A stretch of DNA of 64,000 nt from Ophelia neglecta (lineage: Eukaryota): positions 46,314,001 to 46,378,000 of the forward strand of contig OZ260664.1 in NCBI GenBank assembly GCA_965285935.1, written 5' to 3'. Every line of letters starts with the position of its first letter. Position 1 is the first letter of the stretch. This document shows positions 52,301 to 64,000 of this stretch, one piece after another. A model generated the notes under the pieces. The model did not search any database and had not been told where the DNA came from. It saw nothing but the letters and a program-made list of their open reading frames with translations. The translations under genes were made by a program, and so were the position numbers.

Positions 52301-55300
52301 TCACTAAACAACAGACACCTATAATAGACACTGTTGGGGTAAAATGTCAACTGGAAAGCACAAGATTCACACTACAAGCAATATGAGGAAAGACAAGGGT
52401 GGCACTTGGCTATCTAGATGACTTTGTAGTGTTGTGCCTTGATCAATGCAAAAGGGGACAGTTTATGTGGCATTGGTAAATTATGCACAATTTCTTATTG
52501 GTTTTTCACTGTATGAAACAGAATAGATAATAACTTATATAATAAATCTCTAAAATTTAATGTTAATTTGGTCAGCACAATATACTAAAATTCCTAACAC
52601 TCTGTTCAAATTAGAATGTATGATATGTGGATCCCAGCTGTCAAGATCTCACGAGAAAACAAAAAAACATTAAGGAATCCCAATTGGTGTGCTTCCATTA
52701 ATGATTAACAATTAGTTAATGTGTTAAGATAACACTCAATCTGTCTATAATCTGCCAGAATAAACAGTTCACTACTGTACCACCTGCATGTAATTCATTG
52801 ATGGGCGGCCTGTACAAATAGTTCAACAGAATGATTTAGTGCAGTAAAAATACAATGTCCTTTAATGGCCGGACTACAAATGTATGTCCACTCCGAATGA
52901 ATGTGACCAGTATTAATGAAAATGAAATGAAACTCACAGAAGTAGGTGCAAAGCAATTAATTAACTAAATTGAAAAGGACAGATAAGAAAACCAGCCTGG
53001 TATATAACTGCTTCACTGCTTGGTCAAGCAGCCTATATAAATAAATAAAAAAGCCCAGCCACAAGATGGAATACTTCAACCTCCATCTTCTGCAAACAGA
53101 AGAAAGCTATTTGTTCCTGATAAAATCAGTTGCTGTCCCTCTAGGCAAGTCTCAAGTATTATTTATTCATTGGGTTCATAGTGGTGGCCCTGTCTTTAAT
53201 TACAGCCTGGGTAACTGACTTTAATAGTCCGGGTGTACATTAGTTGGGCAGGACTGGGTGAACCTCAACAGCAGTAACAACAGACCCCAGGGGCTGCTAA
53301 TGAGGGAAAGAGTCCTTGGCTTTGGCATCTACAATTATCACTGTGAAATTACCACCTAGATCAAAACCCCATCTGCCCTGAAGGAAACTGGCAAGGTTGG
53401 AAAGGTTGTGCCATAAGTACTGGTAGGTTCTAGCTCCCTTTGTTAGGGTAATGTAATGAGTTATTGGCAATAACAATCGAAGCCATAGCCCACCCGCAAG
53501 AAACCACTAGATCTGATCAAAGGCTGTGCAGATACAAGACTTGCAATACCGATTTTAGTTATTTTCAGGGGCAGTTGAAGAGTAGTGCAATTGGAACAGA
53601 GAAACCGAATTTATATGTTAATTGTGCTAAATCAATTATGCAGTGTAGGAAGAAAGGGGCCGACTGCAATGATCACAAAATATCTATAACCAACTTCTGA
53701 CTCTTCTGACTCTTATATGCCTTCCTTTTTATTTCATATCTAGCCAACAAACTTATATGGTTAATTGAAATTTTTACTTTTATTAATTCTTAATTCATTT
53801 TTTTTGTAAACCGATATACAGAAAATAATGTAGTTGGGACAATCTTTTATCAAGTTCAATGTAGGTTTGCCATATGGTTTTTCCAAAAAGTTCAGGGGGT
53901 CTTCAAGTTTGTAACATTGGCCCACCAGGATTCTAACAACCCATTTCTCACCTGCATGATGTAGTCAAGTCAATCAGCATTGACACTTATTATGTAATGA
54001 AGTAAAGGACTGTACATATTTTCACAGAGATGGTAGGCTACTGGCAAAATATTGCCACTGGCACAAGTTTTCGTTAAAGGTCACAAGGGCAAGATCACAT
54101 ATTGCAAATAAACCAAGGGCTTATTATATTTTATAAGATTGTTGAAAGTTGATCCTGACCAATATGTTCAATACAGCGAGCACTTGAAACCAAAAAGAAG
54201 GATAAAGTCTTATGTATACAGGCCCTTTCAAACATTCCATGCCTGGGCAAACCCACAAGTGAAGTATCATCATCTTTGCTGGAAACAGGGACAAATTCCA
54301 TTTACCAAATAATTCAGCCTTCGCAAGCAACAGTGCTAAGTTTTAATCACAGTTTACCCATATAATACAGTCCTAGGCTGGGATCTTTTCAGAACGGGAA
54401 CCCTACTGTGGTCAGTGTCCAAGTTTACATTCAGCTGGGCCTCCAGGAGGCTTAAGTGTGCGTTGAGGGGTTCCACAGGGTGTGCACTATAGCTACCCGG
54501 TGCATGTGCGAAATTAAGCAGAACTCATCAAGAGAATAGTAATAATCTGGTCTAAAGTTTACCCCTGGGTTTAATATTTCTCTTTAGAACCTGCATTCAA
54601 TGTTAAATTACACAGCAGATATCACCTCCATTGATCAACAGACAAACACTTGGACTATAATTTTAAAGTATTCTCTTTGGAATCCGGTTTCAAAGCCATT
54701 AAATTTTGTGCTAGGCTATCACTGTCTAATGGGGAATCACAGTGGTTATTAATGCATTGTCCGGAGCTATTTGCGATCATTTGTACCATGAAAAGTACCA
54801 CAATTATTCTAATGTCTAATGTTATCTATAGCATCTAACATCTGATCAAAGTGTATTTAATAGATATCAATAATGATATTAGCCACTATGTTTATCTCTC
54901 TGGCAACTGACCACCTGAACTCCATCTTCAGTGGACATGTCACAAGTGCATTTATTTAATCAGGATTTTGTTAGTCTTCATCTCTAACAGAACACAATAT
55001 CTGATTTAGCTAGGCCTTAAATTACTCACTATGGAAATCATCCTGACTAAATATTGCAACTATTGGACAGTGTGATGACAAGCTCTTTAATCACTGCACA
55101 TACGTCAAGACAAAAAACATGTAATTTGCTGATAAAGGTTAAAATTAAAAAACTGTTATTATTTTGATCTCATCGTAGATAATTATTACTCCTAAGCAGG
55201 TGGACAAGCCTACTTCATCCTCCTAAATCGTTAATGAGCCAGCCCTATGTCATTCTCCATGACCTGTAGTAGCTGCAGCTTCTGGATGACTGCTTTCTTC

Positions 55301-57962
55301 AAAATGCTTTGTGCAAGCGATATATTAATGCCACTTCAAATTCAATACCTACACGTATATACAGACCGTGACTCACTATTTTGAAAACCCAATTTTGCTG
55401 ACCAAATTTAAGTGAAAGGTTAAAGTCTACACTAGTGCTCTATAAAAATGCCACAATTTATTTTAAAAACTGATTGGGCAATAAATACATGAAGATAACA
55501 TATCTGGCTAACTTTAATCCAACTAAATGCATGCTAAAACATAAAGGCAAAGGCAAAGTAAAATTATTCATACCGGGGACCATATTAACAGATACGGAGA
55601 GTTGGTATATGTACCTTTAATTTTGCCAGTAAAAGTTGTAAACGTACTGTTCCATTTCAGTCTGTCTGCAGAGGAAAATTGTATTTGATGGCCATGAAGC
55701 AGGACTTGACTGTCCAATCACCAATACTATTCTGAAAGAGAAGATATCAACATTAATGCTAATGGACAAGTAATTTATACATGTACATGTACATGTGCAT
55801 GTACATGCAGGTATGCAGGTATCAACCTTTTTTCTGAATTAAATATTTACAGAGCATTAAACTATTTTTACATGATTTCATTTACACACAAAAAAGCACT
55901 GAAGAAACAGAACATAAAAAAGGGGTTGTTGTGATTTCTATTTACTAATAGGCCTAGGGAGGTATTATTTGTGCCAAAGTGTCAGAGTTTTCTTCATCAT
56001 TATTTTTCAAAACCAATGATAAGATAGCATCATCAGACAGTATTTGTAGCAAGACACAACATTGAATTTAAATTTCTATGTAAAAGGAGTACAAGAAAAT
56101 GGAAAGGATGTGCACACATGTGGATTGACAACATGATTATTATTGTTGAGAGAAAATGACAAGTTTGTCACTGCCAACTATGTCTGTTTTGAAAAACATG
56201 AATAGATTTTGATCAATGTTCATTGGGTCGTTGTGGTGGCTAGAATGTTCTTTTCTGGCACTCTATATCAGCTGTGTCATCATATTGGTCAGAAAATCAA
56301 CATTAACCATGGTTCAGTGGATCCCTTGCAGCAGATAATCAAGTTTTCTAATCTTTCCATAACCCCTTTCACTATTGCAAGAATAGTTTGATAGGCCTAC
56401 AAGAAATCCCTTGGGCCATTCTTTTCTTTTCTTGGCCAAAACAAGTTCACATTCAATGCAATTATTTTGAAATGAAAAGCCAAGTCTTCATGCTTGTCAT
56501 AAGGATTAGACAGTCACTTGGAACGCCACTGACCCTACAACAACAAGGCTATACTGCTATAAACCTAGGACTTTCAGTCCGTGATCTTTACTGTGTGAAT
56601 AAGCAAACCAAGAAATATCTAAGTCTGATTTTCAATTCAGTATACCGGTATATCATATTCAAAGGACCAATGTATCACCTCTCTTCTAATCTCACTGGTG
56701 AAGATCCCTCCCCACAATGAGCATTTGGACTCTTCTACTTGAAATCTTGTGCAATCTCAATATTTCCCCTCCATTTAAAATATACTGGGCCAGTATCCCT
56801 GTAAACATAGTATTCATGCACTACTGGCTGGTTGACTGAAATGGTCCATAATTTCATACATCAGAATCATGCCTTGGACTCATGTGTGAGCTCTACATGT
56901 ACAGTTTACTAATGTGATGCACATTTTATACTTCTAGCAGGTTAGCAAAAAGTAGTAGTGCACAGAAAAATGGGACTAGTTTTTTCAGCATGTCACCAGT
57001 TCAGCAACCTATTTGAATTCTTTTTAATTCACAGTTCCTATCTCATTACATTCCATGAGATCTTACTTTGGGGCGTGGGGGGAGGGGGGCATTGTGATTT
57101 ATTTTGAGCTTTAGGCTAATTCTTGTAATTATCTAAGCCTACATGCTTTGTTAAGAAGTTTCATCTAATTTCTTAATATTTTGACAGCAGACATTATTAA
57201 GGTTAAAGTTGATGAAGGTGAGATAGGGGAGTATTATTCAGTGGTTCCTAGGGAATTTTTGGCAGTGAAACTAGTGGATCTTTCTTTTTCCTTGTTTATA
57301 TCACTTTATTTAGTTAAGATGAATGTGGGACAAGAAAAATGACATTGGGTATTGCCAACAGTTGTGAATACTTGGGTTTTACATAGGACACACATTGATA
57401 ACTTGGCAAATAAATTTATTTGGCATTGCTTTTAATTAAATCTCCAATAACATATATATAAATAATATCAATTATGACATATATGTACATAAATAATTAC
57501 AAATATGCGTGTTTGTCCTTAGTTGTATCTGTCGAGTCGGACAATAAACACTTTAAATATAAATTATTAGTAAGAAATACTCTTGCATTTACATGTATCA
57601 ACCGGTATAGGCTGCTGTCCACATATGTTTGTCATTGATTATATGAAGGACATCATATTAATTAACACCACAATAATGCTGTTAACAGTCATATATTCAT
57701 ATAATCATGAAATATACCTGTATAAACAAACAAACAAAAACAAAAGCAGTTGTAAACTATTTATTAAGAAACATTAAATTTAAATAAAATAATCACAAGG
57801 CAGTTAAGTTTCAGATTCAATAATATATTAAACTTAATTCCTACCAATGAAAGTCCATTTCATTTATTAAAAACAATGACAAACCGGTATGTGTATACAC
57901 TAAAACATTAATACAATGAAGTAGTTAACATTAAGTAATCTTTAACAAATTTCTACATGCTG

Positions 57963-58936
57963 TCAAACTGCCACCTCTAGTTCCTCTATGACATCGTCTG
58001 ATGCTAAGTTCACATAACCACCTAGCTCTATAGGTTGCTCCTCTGATACGTTGCCATGGCTACTGTATTGTCTCTGATTATTGGTGGGAACCTCATTATA
58101 ATAGATGTCACCACTAGAATACCCTCTTGACTGGTTATTGTAGTTTCTTGGAGCACCATTAAACTCCACCCCGTGGCCCCGGTGGCCATACTGGTTAGAG
58201 TTACTATTACACATACTTATACCATTTCTTTGTGGAGGGTCAGAGTCATTATTCTGACTGTTTCTGAGTTGGCTGACTCTTTCCCTCCCTGTTCTTTGTG
58301 ACAGGTTTCTATTTATTTCACCGTATTCTTTCTCATCTTGTCTATGCCTGTCGTAGCCTTGTGAGCTGGAGTACATTCTGAGAGCTGACAGGTCTGTAGA
58401 CCTGGCCAGTCTCAGCCGCTCAGGTTCTGGCAGTGTCTGAGGAGTGTTAATGTCCCCGTGGGATTGACACATCCTCTGGGATTGTCTGTCCACTTCCACA
58501 GCATCCGAGCACTGTGAAGTGCTGTCTGAGGAGGACCAGGAGTCTGTTTTTCTATGTGGTCTGTTCAGTTTGTTAGCCGTAGCATTGTGCCAGCTACGTG
58601 TGTGCCTCCTCTGATGTCCTCCTGACATTCTAGAAGCTTCCAGTTCCTGCGGAGTGGAGCACCGGCTGCCATCACTATGATACGGCCGGTAGGGCTCAGG
58701 GGCCATGCTGACTGACGGTTTGTTCCCATCATAACTCAGATTGCTGTTACGCCTGGTAGGGTAATGTCTGGCTGGGAGGACCTCATTACCCCAACTATAT
58801 CTGTCATGCAAGTCGGTGTGATGATGGCAAGGTGGCTGCCGAGGTGGCTGCCGCGGGTGACGGGACCTCCCCCTGAACCCACCACTCTCCTCTTGGCTAC
58901 TGCTCAACTGAGAAGTACTGTGATGATATAACTCAT
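57963..58936 (-). CDS. Protocadherin C, terminal cytoplasmic exon
   Basis: Acceptor TTCTTTCCTTTGCAG|; the phase-1 join G|AT gives D-ELYHHSTS..., in frame with the 347-aa S/R/N-rich ORF ending GGYVNLASDDVIEELEVAV*. Confidence 0.88.
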
Positions 58937-59318
58937 CTGCAAAGGAAAGAACGGCAAGATTAACATGCATGTTATTAAAGTATAATGCTTTTATATAATA
59001 TAACATATCATATTATAACAGACCATACTTTATTTCAAGAAATTTATTAACAGATACTAGTACAGTAAATGATCTAATAGAAGATGAATATGTAATAAAG
59101 GATGCACCTTTTTTTTTATAGTAATGTTAGGCCATGGCCTATTTATGGATTTTTATAATAAAAAGCTTAATAATGGTACTTTGTTATTTCCAAACAAGAA
59201 ATATCCTCAAGTTTGCAATAAAAAGTTTATTATTTTCTAGACCAGAAAAATGAAGAAAGCAAGAATTCTATTAGACCAAATATGGTATTAAATACTTTTA
59301 AGATATATTGTATCTTAC

Positions 59319-59481
59319 CCTCTGGTATCTGGGTTTCCCAGAGAGCTCCCAACCTGTGAGCGCCTCTACCATGTCTATGTGGGGGGTACATATTATTGCT
59401 GACCAGTCCAGAGTCTCTTGAATTGTCATGGTTAGGCATGTCACTAGACCAGCCACTATCAGAGTCATGACCCCCTGGTAC
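59319..59481 (-). CDS. Protocadherin C, cytoplasmic exon 2 (DSDSG motif exon)
   Basis: Acceptor TCTTTATGTTCTACAG|, donor GAGG|GTAAGA; 163 nt (54 codons + 1): VPGGHDSDSGWSSDMPNHDNSRDSGLVSNNMYPPHRHGRGAHRLGALWETQIPE. Confidence 0.9.
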
Positions 59482-60180
59482 CTGTAGAACATAAAGACTA
59501 GAATATAGCACGCCCTTTTACATTACTGTCATTCAATTTATCATGGTGATCAGATTTTCTATTCCAGGTTTACAAAAATGTTTTTAAAAAAGATTTGTTC
59601 AAAGCTCACTATTAAAATTACTAGTTTTTTTGTTGATTCTGTAGAGCATTGCAAATACCATTAGTTTTATAGTAATAACAGCCAACTGATACACTTTTTT
59701 TACTAATGTTTTTTCCCTAATACCAACTTACCAACCTCATGCCACAATGAGGTCTTATTCAACTTTCTTTGTCAATACGAAATAGATTTTCTTGTCTAAC
59801 TTGTAAAGTTACTAAAGCAAACAACATGTACTTGCTTACTTTACCAGTTTTTTGTAATCTGATTTATTTATTTTGAAGGAATTTCATCCCATCTTTTTAT
59901 AGTAAATGAGGTTTGGAATTAGCCAGTCTTACTCCTTACTAAGTCCCACATGACTAGTTATTAAAGCATTTAAGAATTATGGCCAAATTCCTTTCCATCC
60001 AGCTTAAACGATACTATATAGTTGTATATATGCAGATTGAATAATCTGAAGCATAATGTATGGGATTCCACAGCATGGGGCAACCAATGTCAGAATAAAT
60101 TGATATTTTAATCAGCAATCAAACAACCACAATAATACCCTAATTGATTATGCTATCAGTTAAGAATATATAATACTTAC

Positions 60181-62820
60181 CTGTGGAAATTTAAATGAAG
60201 GATCATCATAGGCAGCATAGGAGCCTTTTGATCGTCTGCTATCAGCATCTGAATCTCGGGAAATATTGGCACCACTGGCTGAGCCAGCATCAGCGTTATT
60301 ATTACCATCTTCTAACTGCTTCACTTTGTTTTCTATGTCCTTGTAATCTTTTGAATACTTCCTGAACCACCTTACAATTAATAACACAACAACCAAGATG
60401 ATAAGAGCAAGTCCTCCAACAATTCCTATGGCAAGAATAGTGGACTGGTCTAGTTTTAGGAGAGATGAATTCAATTCCCTGGGGGCAGCAAGACTGCTGT
60501 TGACTTTCACCTTCAAGCTCCCTTCAGCAGACAAAGGTGGAAAACCTTCATCCTGAATGACAATGCCAATGTCAAAAAGGTAATCACCTACTGTGAGAGC
60601 TTGTCGTAAAAATAAAGAACCAGTGTCCTTGTTCATGGCAAAAAAATTCCTTTCATTTCCTGACAGTATCATGTAGGTAAGAAGTTGGTTCCTGTCCTTG
60701 TCAATATCTGTAGCTTCAATTTGGGCCACTTGCTGGCCTTCGGCAATATTACTAGAAACTTCAACCATGTCCTTTCCTACCCTAGGAAACACCAATATGG
60801 GTGCATTGTCGTTTTCATCTTCAATCAAGACAGTTACCTCGGTGGTTGATGTCTTCTTTACCCCTGCCACTCCTGCTGACAGTAACAAGAGATAATTGTC
60901 AGTCTTCTCTCTGTCAGGCACTTTGGCTGTATAAAGTTTTCCAGTGTGCGCATCAATTGTAAACATATTCTCCTTACTCTGTGAGATAATTTGGAAAACA
61001 AATTTGATGTTAAGACCATTAAGCGAGGGCTGTAAAGCCACTTGGCCCACCTCTGTCCTTTCTGGTAAGTTTTCCATAATGTTAAACAAATACATCTTTT
61101 GCATGAATTCTGGAATTGCATCTACAATATGCACAATGTCTATAACTACATGTGCAAGAGAAAACCTGCCAGGCAAACCATGGTCTGAGGCCTTAACTGT
61201 GAAATTCACCCAGGCTTTGTCTGCAAAGCTTGCTAGGGTTTTCACAGAGATGTGCCCTGAAGTTATGTTGATTCTGAAGACTTGGTCCATGGGGGGCTGA
61301 ATGGCATAGGACACTGCCCCACTCAGCCCTTCATCCTTGTCCTGAGCCTCGACAGTAAGGAGAGAAGTTCCTACAGAACTGTCATACAACATGGATGCTC
61401 GGTACAACTGCTGAGAAAACACAGGAGCATTGTCATTTACATCCAGAACAACTATAATTAAAGTCTTATTGGAGCTCAGAGAGGGGAATCCATGATCATC
61501 ACATCTTATAGTAAGCTTGTAAGAGGAACTTTCTTCCCTGTCCAATGCAGTTGTGGACAGTATTTTAAAGTCAGATTCTGATATCTTATCCAATTTAAAC
61601 CTATTGTTGCCCAGAAAGCAGTCAAATTGTCCACCCCTGCCTGAGTCTGGGTCCGTTACGACCATGTGTGCCAATGACCTCCCGGCTGCAGCGCCCTCCT
61701 CTATAAGTACATGGGTGCTGTTACCATTGAATATATTCAGCAGCAAGCCTGGGGAGTTATCATTGAGATCAACTACCTTTATTTGAACTACTGCCTGAGC
61801 AGACAAGGTCAGGAGGCTCTCATCCCTGGCAATGACATTTAATGTGTATGAGCTTTTATTTTCATAATCAATCACTATTTTTGTTGTAATGGTTCCAGTT
61901 TCCTGGCCAATGTCAAAAATGTCACCAAAAGATTTTAGCGTCTTTTCAGAGAAGGAATACTGTATCTTGGCTCCTTGATCAGGATCAGTAGCTGCCAGAG
62001 TCAATATTGCACTGCCCACTTCCAGATTTTCTGTCACCTTAATATCGTAAGTCTCCTTATCGAATTTGGGACTATTATCGTTAATGTCCAGGACTTCGAT
62101 TTCAACGGCCAGCACTGCAGAGTTCTGAGGTGTTCCGCCATCAGTCGCAACAATCTGCAAGTTGTATTTATCTGTCACTTCTCGGTCTAATGACCCTACC
62201 AGTACAAGATAGAAAAATTCTTCATCAACTTCCACAGAGTAGCTCAACTCAAACAAGTCCACCGAGGATATCAAGTTGTATTGGGTAACACCAAACCGCG
62301 GACTGTCCTGGTCTTCTGCAGTGGAGATTGCCAGGGAGGTCCCTGGAGTAGAGCTCTCTGGCAATGAAAACTTGGCATTATCCACAGAAAACTGGGGAAT
62401 GTTATCATTAATGTCTAATACTTCCACTTGCACCTTTATAATTCTAAAATACTGATAGGGTAATAACTGGATGTTTAGTGAAATAAGACAGACATCGGCA
62501 GCAGGACACAGTTCATCTCTATCTATAGATTGAGTGGTTTGAAACAATCCTTGATTTGAAACTGAGAAGAATTCATTCCAGTTTTTATCATGTTCTAGTA
62601 TTGACCACTGAAGTTCACTTTTTACAGTTGCGTTATACACTAAAAATAATCGAGCATCATTGTAGATATTTCCTAGGAATGCGCCCGGTCCTTCCTCTTC
62701 TTTGACAGAGTATGATAACAGTGTATCGCTCTGGCACATGACATCCCTGGATTTGGCAAGAAAAACCCAGAGTATCAAAATCCAGGGGTACTTCAAGCTC
62801 TGGAGACGTTGTCCTGCCAT
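60181..62820 (-). CDS. Protocadherin C (7-EC, delta-like), large ectodomain/TM exon
   Basis: First true ATG at 62820 (MAGQRLQSLKYPWILILWVFLA; the ORF-track start at 62886 is GTG); EC1 DRDELC-x5-C; seven repeats; TM ILAIGIVGGLALIILVVVLLIV followed by RWFRK; donor CAG|GTAAGT at 60181/60180, phase 0 (880 codons). Confidence 0.95.
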
Positions 62821-62934
62821 TGTCAAGTAATATAGACTGTCTCTTTCTGAATGTTTCACATGTCTTGGCAGCCTAGTTACATACACTGTCTGGTTAATAC
62901 CTGGGTATCATTCCGGTTGATAAAACATCATCAT
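62821..62934 (-). other. Probable 5' UTR portion of the gene C large exon, starting with a uORF
   Basis: Acceptor CCTTTACTTTACAG| at 62935/62934 followed by ATG ATG ATG TTT TAT CAA CCG GAA TGA. Confidence 0.55.
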
Positions 62935-64000
62935 CTGTAAAGTAAAGGATACTTATTACTTTCATAGCATAGCCTCAAATTAACATAATCAGAATACAAA
63001 TATATATATATAGGTGTGTAAACACTGTATCATGAGGTCCCAAATAATGTGAAAGATGTATGTAACAAAGGACACAAAACTACACTAAAGCCATGATTAC
63101 CTTATGAGTGAAATTCCTAACCCTTTATATCCATGTACCACAACTAATTAGATCAAAAACAACATTTGAAACATCTGGCATCAAGTACATTTTGTTAGTA
63201 CATGTTACTTCTATGATTATATCCTTTTTCAAAACACTCCAAATTTCTTCCTGAACAATCGCAGGAACAATTGAAAGTATTCTAGTAGAGCTCACATACA
63301 GGTATTTAAAATCCCATGAGTGCCATGAAGCAGAGTCAGATAATTAACTAAATGTTCGTTCATTTAATTTCTAAGTCAATATGTTTAAAGAAATCATTGA
63401 CTTTTTAATTATTCCCATTTAAGTTGTGCAAGGCATAATCAAATTGGTAGCAAACATCTAAATACTAAGGAGATTGACAAACAGTGTCAACGGGATTCAG
63501 TGTAATTAGGCAAACTTTGTGTATTCATTGAATTACAGACTCTTGTGGAAACATGCCATTGAACAAAAGCCACATATCAAGGAAATCCTTCACATACAGA
63601 ATTAATCTCTGACCAAGCCTATCACTTTTGACTTAAAGCCCATAATTAGATGATTATTTTAATATTTAACTCATATTGGCAGTTTATTTACTCAATACAA
63701 TGAGTGCCTTTCACCTGTGCTAAGTAAACTTCACTGTTCGTAACCTCCAACTGGAAGACTATATTTTCATTTAGGGCTGAACACACTCCAACTCCCTGAT
63801 CAATCTGGTGCCTTTAACCAGTTGACCAGACATCAAAGACACCACTTTCACCTGACACTGACTGATGTGATCTGAGGCATGTCATAAACCTGCCTTTAGG
63901 CAGGTGAGAATCAAACTACAGGGGATGGTTCATTTTGTAAATAGCTAAATACCATTAAATGGTGATTCTGTTCCTTATTTAAATAGCAGTGACATGCTAG

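Noticed and set aside
62821-62886. ORF-track N-terminal extension of gene C
   Set aside because: Starts at GTG downstream of an in-frame stop; the signal peptide follows the ATG at 62820.

Overview
AT-rich, CpG-poor eukaryotic DNA, most likely an invertebrate; the frequent TACATGTA runs and the 7-repeat protocadherins would fit a lophotrochozoan, but the species cannot be determined here. The window holds a head-to-tail cluster of three diverged 7-EC (delta-like) protocadherin genes, all on the - strand (A: 9093->457 and continuing off the left edge; B: 48516->37998; C: 62820->57963). Each gene has one large exon for signal peptide, EC1-7, TM and the proximal tail (phase-0 donor). Each also has its own small exon with a conserved DSDSGxSxD..N..DSG motif (phase 0 in, phase 1 out) and, for B and C, its own low-complexity terminal exon. 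So there is no shared constant region, but the exon phases are fully interchangeable. I spliced and translated the exons by hand: B is about 1214 aa and C about 1258 aa. Gene C has lost essentially all Ca2+ ligands specifically at the EC5-EC6 linker. Between A and B lies a decayed RNase H-type non-LTR retrotransposon interrupted by two different MITEs. There are also several minisatellites, local duplications and a perfect intronic hairpin.
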